From a virus: a stretch of DNA of 64,000 nt. Within the stretch, counting starts at the first letter, position 1; the number at the start of each line of letters is the position of its first letter. Position numbers and translations under genes: made by a program. The stretch lies in IMG/VR virus record IMGVR_UViG_3300047095_000811, positions 1-64,000 of that record, one strand, 5' to 3'. Shown here piece by piece: positions 55,528 to 64,000 of this stretch. The notes beneath the pieces were generated by a model, which saw only the letters and a list, made by a program, of their open reading frames with translations, made no database searches and had not been told where the DNA came from.

Positions 55528-57111
55528 ATGGCTATCTCCTACGATACCATTCATCAGAGCTCGGTCGGCGTTCGCATTTCCGGCGCTCTGGAAGGTCTGC
55601 AGTCCATCAACGAGGCTTTCCAACAAGAAGGCATCAATGTTCTGAACGAAGGCTTCAGCGAAGTCGCCACCAACTCTCACTTCTTCTCCGACTACGTCGC
55701 GAAGCTGTCCGAGGGCATGGATCCCGAAATCGCTGGTCAGTTCCAGGCCATCGCCAACAACACCCGCACCCAGATCCTGCAAGAAAGCTCGATCTCCGGC
55801 ATCAACCCGATCACCGCTCTGTCCCTGCCGATGCTGCGCGTGGCGTTCCCGAAGACCGCCATCCGTGAAGGCTTCCCGACCGAGCCGGTTCTGCAGCCGA
55901 AGTTCAAGGTGACTTGGCTGAAGCCGTACGTGATCGACTCCGCCAACAACCAGAAGGTCTACATGCCCCTCGGCATCAAGACCAAGAAGTCCCTGTTCAA
56001 GCTGAAGTCCCTGTCCGAGTCCGCAATCGCCGTTGGCGCTTCCGGCGCTGCTGGCGTTGACCTGCTGACCCCGGCTGGCGGCAACTCCGCTCTGGGCGAC
56101 GAGATCGACCCGAACTTCCGCATCGTGGCTGTGACCTTCAAGGCTCTGGACGCTGCTGGTGCCAACGCCGAGAACGTGACTGTCGAGTGCGACCTGCCGC
56201 TGGACACCAACATCGACGTCGTCGAAGGCTCCGTCAAAGGCGCTCACAGCGACAATACCGTCAACACCGTCCGCGTGTTCGCCAAGCTGAACCGCCGCGA
56301 AGGCGAGATGGACGTCGTTGGCCTGGGCCGCGAAGTGGTTTCCATCAAGATCCAGGGCTACATCAGCTCTGAATCCAACAACCGCTCCACCCAAGTCGGC
56401 TTCGACATCACCAGCGACGAGACCGTCATCGGTACCGGCGCTCCGATCGAGTCCCCGATCAACATCCAGCAGATGACCGACACGATGGCGATGTACAACA
56501 TCGACTCCACCGTTCGCACTCTGGAGATCATGTCCACCGCTCTGGCTCAATCCACTGACCTCGAAGGCATCGACTTCTTGGCCAAGAAGTGGTCCCTCGG
56601 CCTGAAGCTGGAGACCTCGTTCGACGTCAACCCGCCGTCCAACTTCACCCTCGGCAACACCGCATGGCGTGAAGAGATGAAGATCAAGATCGACAATCTG
56701 GTGACCCGTCTGATGCAGTCGACGAACATCACCGCTGGTCAGGCCGTGATCTTCGGCAACCCGCTCGACACCCAAGTGCTGCACAACGTTCGTTGGATGT
56801 ACTCCGGCGAAGAGCAGGTGAACGGCGTGAACGTGGAATACCGCGTCGGCTCCTACACCTCCGGTGTGACCACCTACAAGGTGCTGTCCAGCTTCAACTT
56901 CGACCAAGGCGACATGTACGTGTGCTTCCTGCCGTCCGCTCCGGATCAGGCAACCCTGAAGTACTACCCGTACAGCTTCAACGTCGTTCGTGGTACCGCT
57001 TCCCCGAACCATCCCTACACTCCGGCTGTCATGATGCTCAAGCGTCATGTCTTCAAGGAGTACAGCCCGATGATCGGCAAGCTGAAGATCCTGAACAACA
57101 ACGGCCAGTAA
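55528..57111 (+). CDS. major capsid protein precursor
   Basis: 527 aa; very strong codon bias; own late promoter and terminator; ILQESSISGINP...LPMLR pattern recalled from AR9/PBS1-type head proteins. Confidence 0.8.
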   Translation: MAISYDTIHQSSVGVRISGALEGLQSINEAFQQEGINVLNEGFSEVATNSHFFSDYVAKLSEGMDPEIAGQFQAIANNTRTQILQESSISGINPITALSLPMLRVAFPKTAIREGFPTEPVLQPKFKVTWLKPYVIDSANNQKVYMPLGIKTKKSLFKLKSLSESAIAVGASGAAGVDLLTPAGGNSALGDEIDPNFRIVAVTFKALDAAGANAENVTVECDLPLDTNIDVVEGSVKGAHSDNTVNTVRVFAKLNRREGEMDVVGLGREVVSIKIQGYISSESNNRSTQVGFDITSDETVIGTGAPIESPINIQQMTDTMAMYNIDSTVRTLEIMSTALAQSTDLEGIDFLAKKWSLGLKLETSFDVNPPSNFTLGNTAWREEMKIKIDNLVTRLMQSTNITAGQAVIFGNPLDTQVLHNVRWMYSGEEQVNGVNVEYRVGSYTSGVTTYKVLSSFNFDQGDMYVCFLPSAPDQATLKYYPYSFNVVRGTASPNHPYTPAVMMLKRHVFKEYSPMIGKLKILNNNGQ

Positions 57112-57126
57112 GACGTTGTGAGAACT

Positions 57127-57159
57127 CCCCATACCTGCAAGGGTATGGGGGTTTTCTTT
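57127..57159 (+). terminator. intrinsic terminator
   Basis: CCCCATACC/GGTATGGGG stem then TTTTCTTT. Confidence 0.85.
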
Positions 57160-57411
57160 GTTCCGAGAAGAAAAATAGAGCGCCACTAGGGAATTCCCTA
57201 GTGGCGTCTTTGGCGATTCAGTTTGCATATTGGTGCGATCTACTGGAGGAGACCGTTTCCTTGCCCCGGAGGTACGAGAGCAAGGCGAAAGGAGACACGA
57301 TTAAACTTCCCGACCCTGATATGCAAGCATAAGGTCTCGGTCTTGCTCGCGGAAACTATCAAACGCGAGCAACACATCGGCATATGAACCCACACAAGCT
57401 TCCCAGCCGTG

Positions 57412-57840
57412 CTACTCAGTTGTTCGCAGCAGCTCTGCTCTTGCCTTCATCCGCTTCATGAACTCTCTAGCAAACTTGTCCGATTTTGCCGGAGCCGAAC
57501 AACCGACCGCCTCGGAGAAGAGTGGTAGAGATCGGTTGATTTTTTGGGTTTTAGCCTCGGCCACGTCTCTCCCGTAGACTTTGGCCTTACCAGCGAAATG
57601 GTACCCATATGCCAGCCGATTTCTGCCGAGCTTGACCGAGCTGAACTCCCCGTCGGTGAGAAACCGGCTCATGTACTCGTTGAAGGTCATCGGATTGTAA
57701 TTCGGCTCGATGTCGTCTCGGACAGCGTAGAAGATTTCTCTCAGGTCGTCCACGGTGAAAAACACCCCCATGTTGTGACCTAGGAATTTCTTGATCTCTC
57801 TGGTCAAGACAAAGAACCCAGACAATCGATCATTGCTCAT
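57412..57840 (-). CDS. hypothetical protein
   Basis: GGGAG RBS. Confidence 0.65.
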   Translation of the reverse strand: MSNDRLSGFFVLTREIKKFLGHNMGVFFTVDDLREIFYAVRDDIEPNYNPMTFNEYMSRFLTDGEFSSVKLGRNRLAYGYHFAGKAKVYGRDVAEAKTQKINRSLPLFSEAVGCSAPAKSDKFAREFMKRMKARAELLRTTE

Positions 57841-57902
57841 GTGCTTCTCCCATAAAAAAAGATCGGAGGGCTAACGCTCTCCGATCTTGTCATGCAGCTT
57901 CT

Positions 57903-60236
57903 TTACACCTTGACGATTTCCTCGCCGAGGTTGAAGGTGGCGAGAACATCCTCGCCGTCAGCTTGGATGGTCACGGTGTTCTCATCCAGAGAAGAGAACT
58001 CCTTGAACCATGTCTGACCGACGACGATGGTGTACGACACGCGGGCCATCAGACCCTGCAGTGCGCGGACGCCGTTGATGAACTCCTTGCGCTTCGCATC
58101 CAGCCACTCGCGCAGCTTCGCCTCGTCCTTGGCTTCTTCCGTCGCCATGAACTCGGTGTACTCCTTGTAAGGAGCTACGAAGCCCTTCTCGCGACCAGTC
58201 AGAGCCTTACCGGCGTCGATCTTGGCGATCACGTCGGCGGTCTTCGGCAGGGACTTCAGACCCTTCAGCTCGACCGACAGCTCCTTGGTGGTGTACTGGT
58301 CGGTGGACGGAGACACGGCACGCTTCGGATTGAACCCGGCGTCGGTCACGCCCATCTCGATCAGGTAAGCCACCTGCTCGGCGCTGTACTTCTCGACCAG
58401 ACCGGCAGACTTCGCACGGGCGAACTTCTGATCGTAGAAGTAGTTGAACACGGCCTGACCGCACTTCTTCAGGTACAGGTCGTACTGCGAGCGAGCGGTG
58501 TCCACGGCGGAGACTTCGCCGACCATCTTGCGGTTGATCAGCGGGATATCCATCAGGTTCAGCTCGAAGACCTTACCGGCTTCCCAGTCGATGGACTCGT
58601 CCAGAATCTTCTCGGCTACCAGCTTGTCGAAGGTTGCCTTGGAGAAGGACACCGGCAGAGTCTTGGTGTTGATGATCCCGTCCCGGATAATGTTGTAGTT
58701 GCGATAGACTTTGGACTCGACTTCGGTCAGGCCCAGGTCGTTCTTCGGCAGCTTCACGGTACCCTTGCGCTCGACCCGGATCGACACGTTGGGACGGGTC
58801 GAGTTCAGCACGATCGCGTGGAACGGAACGTCACCGGCATCGCCTTCGACGAACTTGGCAGCTTGCTTGGTCTCCAGCAGTCCATCGATGTAGTCGTTCA
58901 CTGCCTTGATGTCTTTCGCATTGCGAGCCTTGGCGCTGCGGGCAGCGACTTCGGCCTTCTCTTCTTCGCTCAGAAGCTCCATCGCGTCTTCCGTTGCGCG
59001 GGAGATGCGGCTGTAGTTCTCGAAGAACTTCTCGCTGAGGATCAGCTTGGCATCTTCGTCCTTGATCAGGTCGTCGAGCAGCTGCACCACAGTGTAGGCA
59101 TCTTCCGCCGGGACCATCGTCGGATCATAGCCTTCCTTCATGCGCTCGGAGTTGTTGAAGACGCACTTCAGCACTTCGGCTTGGAAGGAGGTGTAGTGCT
59201 GCTTGCCGAAGCAGTTCGCGAACATCTTGATCAGACGGACGTCGCCAATGGCGCGGAGGAAGCCGTAGCCCTCGTTGCTCATCATGCGCTGCGCCAGCAC
59301 GAACATGCCAGCGTACAGACCGGGGATCACTGCGCTGGTAGTGCGCTTGCCTTCTTCGAACTTCTTGGCGAAGATGTCTGCTGCAGACTCCTTCTTGCGA
59401 CCGCTTTGGACGGTGGAGAGGAACCAGACGGTCTTCGTGGTGGAGGGAACCGCCACCTTGCCGTCAACCACAGCGTACGCCACGACTGCGTCGTCGGTGA
59501 TGGTATAAGCCACCTTACCGATGCTCTCGGTCGGGATTTCCACCTCGATGCGCTTTGCCATAGCGGCGCTTGGCTGGTTGGTGAACTCGGCCTCGATGAT
59601 CGGGACGTAGTCCTGGAACTTCTCGGCGAAGATCAAGTTACCGCCAGCGGCTTCGGCCATCTTGGTGAGGAGCGGACGGTTGCAGTACCAGCCGTACTCG
59701 ACGATGGTGAAGGTTGCCATCTTCATTGCGGCTTCTTCAGTTGCTTTCAGGATCTGGTCGACGGCCCATTCGTTGTCGCCACCGTCAGTCATGAAGCTCA
59801 GAGAGAAGACGTTGTCGGAGCCGAGCGTGGAGATGATGCGGTCCACGAGACGGCTGGCTTCTTCCATCGGCTCCTTGAAGCCGGTCAGACCGACGGTCGT
59901 CAGGTAGCGATCGATGGCAGCGTTGACCTGCTGGAGGCTGGTCGCGCTCTTCATCGAGTACGCTTCGACGACGGTGCCGAACTGGCCGCGACCGCTGAAC
60001 CAGATGATCGACAGAGTGTCGTTCTCGGCGATGGAGGTAGCGATCTTGTTCTTCAGCTCTTGACGCAGGCGGTCCAGACTGCCGTACATGGAGCCGGAGC
60101 AGTCGATGGCGAAGATGTGGTTGACCTTGGGAGGAGCGACCACTACCGGCTCCTTACCTTCCTTCTCCTTGGGGATGGTGACGGAGATCAGGTTCAGTTC
60201 TTCGGAGACGGGGTAGGAAACAACAGTGTTTGCCAT
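57903..60236 (-). CDS. large vWA-domain protein (777 aa)
   Basis: AIDCSGSM MIDAS, LTGF and FMTDG motifs; early promoter. Confidence 0.85.
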   Translation of the reverse strand: MANTVVSYPVSEELNLISVTIPKEKEGKEPVVVAPPKVNHIFAIDCSGSMYGSLDRLRQELKNKIATSIAENDTLSIIWFSGRGQFGTVVEAYSMKSATSLQQVNAAIDRYLTTVGLTGFKEPMEEASRLVDRIISTLGSDNVFSLSFMTDGGDNEWAVDQILKATEEAAMKMATFTIVEYGWYCNRPLLTKMAEAAGGNLIFAEKFQDYVPIIEAEFTNQPSAAMAKRIEVEIPTESIGKVAYTITDDAVVAYAVVDGKVAVPSTTKTVWFLSTVQSGRKKESAADIFAKKFEEGKRTTSAVIPGLYAGMFVLAQRMMSNEGYGFLRAIGDVRLIKMFANCFGKQHYTSFQAEVLKCVFNNSERMKEGYDPTMVPAEDAYTVVQLLDDLIKDEDAKLILSEKFFENYSRISRATEDAMELLSEEEKAEVAARSAKARNAKDIKAVNDYIDGLLETKQAAKFVEGDAGDVPFHAIVLNSTRPNVSIRVERKGTVKLPKNDLGLTEVESKVYRNYNIIRDGIINTKTLPVSFSKATFDKLVAEKILDESIDWEAGKVFELNLMDIPLINRKMVGEVSAVDTARSQYDLYLKKCGQAVFNYFYDQKFARAKSAGLVEKYSAEQVAYLIEMGVTDAGFNPKRAVSPSTDQYTTKELSVELKGLKSLPKTADVIAKIDAGKALTGREKGFVAPYKEYTEFMATEEAKDEAKLREWLDAKRKEFINGVRALQGLMARVSYTIVVGQTWFKEFSSLDENTVTIQADGEDVLATFNLGEEIVKV

Positions 60237-60280
60237 GAGTATTCTTCCTTTACGGTGAGTTACGGTTCTTCCACTAGAAC

Positions 60281-60296
60281 CACTCGAATTATATAT
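60281..60296 (-). promoter_or_regulatory. early-type promoter ATATAT-AAT-TCGA-GTG
   Basis: recurrent motif. Confidence 0.75.
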
Positions 60297-60395
60297 CAGC
60301 CATGGCTACTTTGCAGTTGGAGCATAGAAAACCCTCCATCCCTTTTGAGGATGGAGGGTCAATGCCGTAGGAACGGCGGTCCCTAAGGTAGGGGA

Positions 60396-60788
60396 TTACT
60401 TCTTCGGCGCGGCACCGATGCCAGCCATGAGCTGACGAGCGCGAGCGATGGCCTTGGAGCCATACTTGCGGTAGATCACCTCGCGGATTTGCAGGCGGAT
60501 GCCGTTGAACTTCGCGTACTTGGTGTACAGCGGGTCCAGCTTGGCCTTTGCCAGCAGCAGGGCTTGGCGGTGAGCCAGATTGTTGGTCTTGGCCTGACGG
60601 TTCAGACGAACGATGTTCTGCTGCTCTTGCAGGACTTCTTCGGAAGCTTCCGGATCCAGAGCGTTCATGGCAGCAGCCATGCGACGCATCGCCAGCTCTT
60701 CGTCGAGCTGGAGAGCCTCGCTCTCGGAACCGACTTCGGCTTCATGGGATTCCTGCTCTTCGCCCAACAGTTGATTGATGAGAGACAT
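60396..60788 (-). CDS. putative virion head protein (acidic N-terminus, basic C-terminus)
   Basis: late promoter at 60867-60879; VLQE boundary between acidic and basic halves. Confidence 0.7.
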   Translation of the reverse strand: MSLINQLLGEEQESHEAEVGSESEALQLDEELAMRRMAAAMNALDPEASEEVLQEQQNIVRLNRQAKTNNLAHRQALLLAKAKLDPLYTKYAKFNGIRLQIREVIYRKYGSKAIARARQLMAGIGAAPKK

Positions 60789-60866
60789 GATGGTTTCCTT
60801 TAACAGAATGATTGGTGGCTCGTGTCGAGCTCCGAAAAACTCGATACGATTGAGCGTAAAGCTCTT

Positions 60867-60879
60867 CTAATCAGTTGTT
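60867..60879 (-). promoter_or_regulatory. late-type promoter AACA-ACTGAT-TAG
   Basis: exact motif. Confidence 0.75.
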
Positions 60880-60931
60880 ACGGTGGATAAAATATAAATA
60901 GACGAATGGACCCTCAAAGAATTTGTCAATG

Positions 60932-60947
60932 ATATATAATGATAGTG
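60932..60947 (+). promoter_or_regulatory. early-type promoter ATATAT-AAT-GATA-GTG
   Basis: the only plus-strand copy; precedes the plus-strand replication operon. Confidence 0.75.
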
Positions 60948-60987
60948 TAGTAGAAACTACATTCTCTCTTACCACCAAGGAAGAACC

Positions 60988-61749
60988 ATGCAGAAAAAGG
61001 TACTGAGCATCAACGATCTTCTGGCGGCTAAGCGCCTCAAGACCCAGCAGCAACAACAGCAAAAGGAAGCTCAGGAAAAGCAGACTTCCGAAGCACCCAA
61101 GCCGCGAATCCGCCGCCTCGTCGAAGCTCTCGACGAGAGCGAAGCGAACACGCCGAAGTTCGACGTGACCAACGTGAAGCACTTCCGCTTCCGAGAGCAC
61201 AATGAGAACGGGTCTGCGATCAGCAACCGTTTCGCAATCACGGTCTCCTACACCAACCCTCAAATCGACATCATCGAAGGGACTACCTACGTCGATGTCG
61301 GGGTAGCAATTTGCTTCGGCGACAATTTCGACCGCCGCGTCGGTGCCGCGATCGCCAACGAACGTGCGCTGAACCGCTGCAGCCCCGAACTCCGGACTCG
61401 CATCTATCTCCGGGAGGTTGACCCCGAGAGTCAGTATGCGAACTACACCTTACTCAACTGGCGCGAGCTCCTGCTGGATCCGGACGGTCGCCGCCGCATC
61501 AACGTCGCCATCCGGGAAATTCTCTGGAAATACGTTGAAAAGAGGTTCCTGTCTGAAAGCATGCGCGACATGATCGACCAAGGATTCCTCGAACTGATCG
61601 GCGACAACCCTTCGGAAGCGAAGGCTGCGCGAAACGATAGCGAAAGCGAGCAATCTCCCCGCCAGCCGAAAGTCCGTGTACACCGCATCAACTCGCTGGA
61701 GGACTTCGCGAAGTTCATGACCTCCGTGATTGGCCGCGAGATCAAGTAA
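60988..61749 (+). CDS. hypothetical protein
   Basis: AAGGAAG RBS; GVAICFGDNFDRRVGAAIA motif. Confidence 0.75.
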   Translation: MQKKVLSINDLLAAKRLKTQQQQQQKEAQEKQTSEAPKPRIRRLVEALDESEANTPKFDVTNVKHFRFREHNENGSAISNRFAITVSYTNPQIDIIEGTTYVDVGVAICFGDNFDRRVGAAIANERALNRCSPELRTRIYLREVDPESQYANYTLLNWRELLLDPDGRRRINVAIREILWKYVEKRFLSESMRDMIDQGFLELIGDNPSEAKAARNDSESEQSPRQPKVRVHRINSLEDFAKFMTSVIGREIK

Positions 61750-61800
61750 AACGTGTGGGTTGCATCCGTGCAACCCACCTTTCTTTTTTCAGGAGACGAT

Positions 61801-63756
61801 ATGTCATACTCACAGCTCGGCGAATTCTACGTTCGATACTTCACGGCGCTCTTCAGCCGCCTCGGAAAGATCGTGGACCTCGACGAAGATGCAATGCAGA
61901 AGATCGTCGAGAAGGTCATGGCGAAAGTCAAACCGATCGACCTGCGCATCGAGAATAACTACAAGAACAGCGAGATCGACGTAGACTCCGAGAAGCTTCT
62001 TAACCTGTACTACTCCAAGAAGCCGTCGATCTCCGGGTACGGCGTCCTCTTCAAGCAGAACGCAGTCAACGCGCCGGGTAAAATTCTTGAGTACTTGATC
62101 AAACAGCGGAAAGTTGTGAAGAAGGAGATGTTTGCTCACGAGAAAGATGCAGACCGATCCGTCTACAACCAGCTTGACGTCGAGCAGAAGGTGATCAAGG
62201 TTCTAGCAAACGCATTCTACGGCGCGTTCGGCCAGAGCAGCTTCCACTTCTACAACCCGGTGCTTGGCCCCTCGGTGACGTATTCCGGTCAGAATATCAC
62301 ATTGAGTGCGATCCTCGGATTCGAAGCCTTCATGACCGGCAATTTCGAGCTGTTCAGCTTCGACGAGCTAATGATCTACATCGAGAATATCGAGAGCGAG
62401 GAGTTGCATGAGATCTCGATCATGGACTCCCCGGTGCAGACCACCACCGTGTTCCAGTGGCTCAAGGAACACTGCAAGTTCGACTTCACCGAGGAACACG
62501 AGATGTACCTCGAACAGATCCTCGAACGGATGAACGAGTACCAGCTCGAAAGGCTGTACCTGAAGAACAACCTCGAACAGCTCCTAGCGACCTCGACGAT
62601 CACAGAGATCTTCGGACAGTGCTTTGACCAGGACTTCCTCGACTCAGCCCACCCGACCGATCGCAACAAGGAAGCTATCGAGACTCTCGATGAGTACTTC
62701 CGCTATTTCTTGTCTTACCCCTACCAGTGGAACGACAAGTTCGAACGCATCGACAACATGCAGCGCAGGTGCGTCATCATTTCCGACACCGACTCGACGT
62801 TCCTCAACATCAATCCTGTGGTGGAATGGTACGAAGACAAGATCAACGGAGGTGAGCGCCTCGACAAGATCGGTCGCATGGTGATCTGCAACGTCATGGT
62901 CTACTCCATCACCAAGTACATCGAGCAGGTGTTCTGGGAGCTGACGAAGAACATGAACGTTCCGGAAGAGCGCCGGAAGCTGATCAACATGAAGTCAGAG
63001 TTCAACTACTCCCGGATCATCCTGACGAAGAACAAGAAGCAGTACGCTGGCATAATCGTTCTTCAAGAGGGCAACCTGCTGGAGAAGCCGAAGTTCGATA
63101 TCAAGGGCCTCGACATCAAGAAGGTAAAGACCCCGAAGATCGCCCGGAAGTACTTCGGAGACGTTCTGGAGAAGGACATGCTGCTGTGCCCGGAGATCGA
63201 TCCGATGAAGGTGTTCATGCGCTTCATGGACTTCGAGCGTCAAATTCACGACTCCCTGATGAACGGAGAGACGAACTTCGCCAAACCCGGAAAGTTCTCC
63301 AACGCAGCCGGTTACAAGAATCCGGGAACGATCCAAGCTTACCGTGGTGTCAAGCTCTGGAACGTGATGTACCCGAAGAAGACTATCCCTGACTTCTCCA
63401 ACGTGAACCTGCTGAAGCTCCGCAAGATCACCAGAGAGAACTACAAGGAGATCTTCTCCGAGGAATGGCACGAGAAGATCGAAGAGTACTTCGACATGCC
63501 GATCGAGATCAGCGACAAGGAAGCCAAGAAGAAGGCCGAAGCCGCTGGCAAGACGACGTTCGGAGACTACGGCATCGACGTGGTCGCTGTTCCGAAGGGA
63601 GAAGAGTCGATCCCCGAAATCTTCCGGGAGCTGATCGACGTCACAAGCATTACTGACGCCAACATGAAGAACGGCAACATTCTCCTTGAGAGCATCGGCT
63701 TCAAGGTGATCAAGTCGCTCAGTCAGAACACAATCACCAACATAGTGGAGATATAG
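61801..63756 (+). CDS. polB: family B DNA polymerase, C-terminal part (motifs B and C, thumb)
   Basis: QKVIKVLANAFYG (motif B), ISDTDS (motif C), KKQYAG and IKGLD; ATG 61801 with AGGAG RBS. Confidence 0.92.
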   Translation: MSYSQLGEFYVRYFTALFSRLGKIVDLDEDAMQKIVEKVMAKVKPIDLRIENNYKNSEIDVDSEKLLNLYYSKKPSISGYGVLFKQNAVNAPGKILEYLIKQRKVVKKEMFAHEKDADRSVYNQLDVEQKVIKVLANAFYGAFGQSSFHFYNPVLGPSVTYSGQNITLSAILGFEAFMTGNFELFSFDELMIYIENIESEELHEISIMDSPVQTTTVFQWLKEHCKFDFTEEHEMYLEQILERMNEYQLERLYLKNNLEQLLATSTITEIFGQCFDQDFLDSAHPTDRNKEAIETLDEYFRYFLSYPYQWNDKFERIDNMQRRCVIISDTDSTFLNINPVVEWYEDKINGGERLDKIGRMVICNVMVYSITKYIEQVFWELTKNMNVPEERRKLINMKSEFNYSRIILTKNKKQYAGIIVLQEGNLLEKPKFDIKGLDIKKVKTPKIARKYFGDVLEKDMLLCPEIDPMKVFMRFMDFERQIHDSLMNGETNFAKPGKFSNAAGYKNPGTIQAYRGVKLWNVMYPKKTIPDFSNVNLLKLRKITRENYKEIFSEEWHEKIEEYFDMPIEISDKEAKKKAEAAGKTTFGDYGIDVVAVPKGEESIPEIFRELIDVTSITDANMKNGNILLESIGFKVIKSLSQNTITNIVEI

Positions 63757-63759
63757 CCT

Positions 63760-64000
63760 ATGGCGTATTTTGCAGTACTGGCGGTGACCGACAATAGCCG
63801 GGAGAACAACGTCGTCACTGACGTTGTCTTCAACTCCGTCGGTTCCTACAAGAGTGCGCTGGACTTCCACGCACAGCTCTACGAGAAGATGAACGGGATG
63901 TCCAGTAACCCGTTTTCCAAGAAGCATCTTGACATGATTCGAAGGGGCGGAGTCGACATCCACGCCCTTCTCATCGACCCCGACATCTTCCACATCTGCC
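63760..64000 (+). CDS. 5' part of a gene running off the window
   Basis: ATG 63760 after a GGAG RBS; open to the window end. Confidence 0.6.
   Translation, partial: MAYFAVLAVTDNSRENNVVTDVVFNSVGSYKSALDFHAQLYEKMNGMSSNPFSKKHLDMIRRGGVDIHALLIDPDIFHIC

Noticed and set aside
2840-60386. Long antisense ORFs (e.g. 2840-4675, 8307-9833, 26935-29088, 57963-60386, 55462-57228)
   Set aside because: They mirror genes with clear motifs on the other strand; shadow frames are expected from strong GC3 codon bias.
1-64000. CRISPR array, stop-codon recoding, chimallin/PhuZ
   Set aside because: No regularly spaced repeats; genes are full length in the standard code with TAA, TAG and TGA all used as stops; no recognisable nucleus-shell or tubulin gene in this window.

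Overview
This is a GC-rich segment (roughly 55-60% by eye) of a jumbo myophage genome. Gene content and promoter logic place it near the AR9/PBS1/phiR1-37 branch of phiKZ-related phages, and it probably infects a Gram-negative proteobacterium (inferred from the OM beta-barrel, periplasmic protein, split NrdJa/NrdJb and GH24 endolysin). Core genes: two multisubunit RNA polymerase subunits (non-virion beta-N and virion-type beta'-N with DFDGD), a family-B DNA polymerase split into two genes about 10 kb apart, class II RNR, a putative SSB, major capsid protein, baseplate/tail proteins and an endolysin. The left 29 kb is accessory: a J-domain/kinase-like + vWA + divergent PurA module, RtcB, a Prs-like + Nampt-like pair (NARP1-type NAD+ rebuilding), two HNH endonucleases and six tRNAs. 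Two promoter classes can be read directly from the DNA: ATATAT-H-AT-N4-(G/C/A)TG (11 copies, before accessory/replication genes) and AACA-N6-TA (15 copies, mostly before virion genes). Best novelty candidates: (1) a phage-encoded porin + periplasmic binding protein + membrane GGDEF-EAL c-di-GMP set, each part behind a late-type promoter; (2) a ~280-nt structured RNA that starts exactly at a late +1 and heads a tRNA operon containing further non-tRNA structured RNAs; (3) the PurA-like/vWA/J-pseudokinase module. All protein calls come from motif recognition by eye; no database searches were run.
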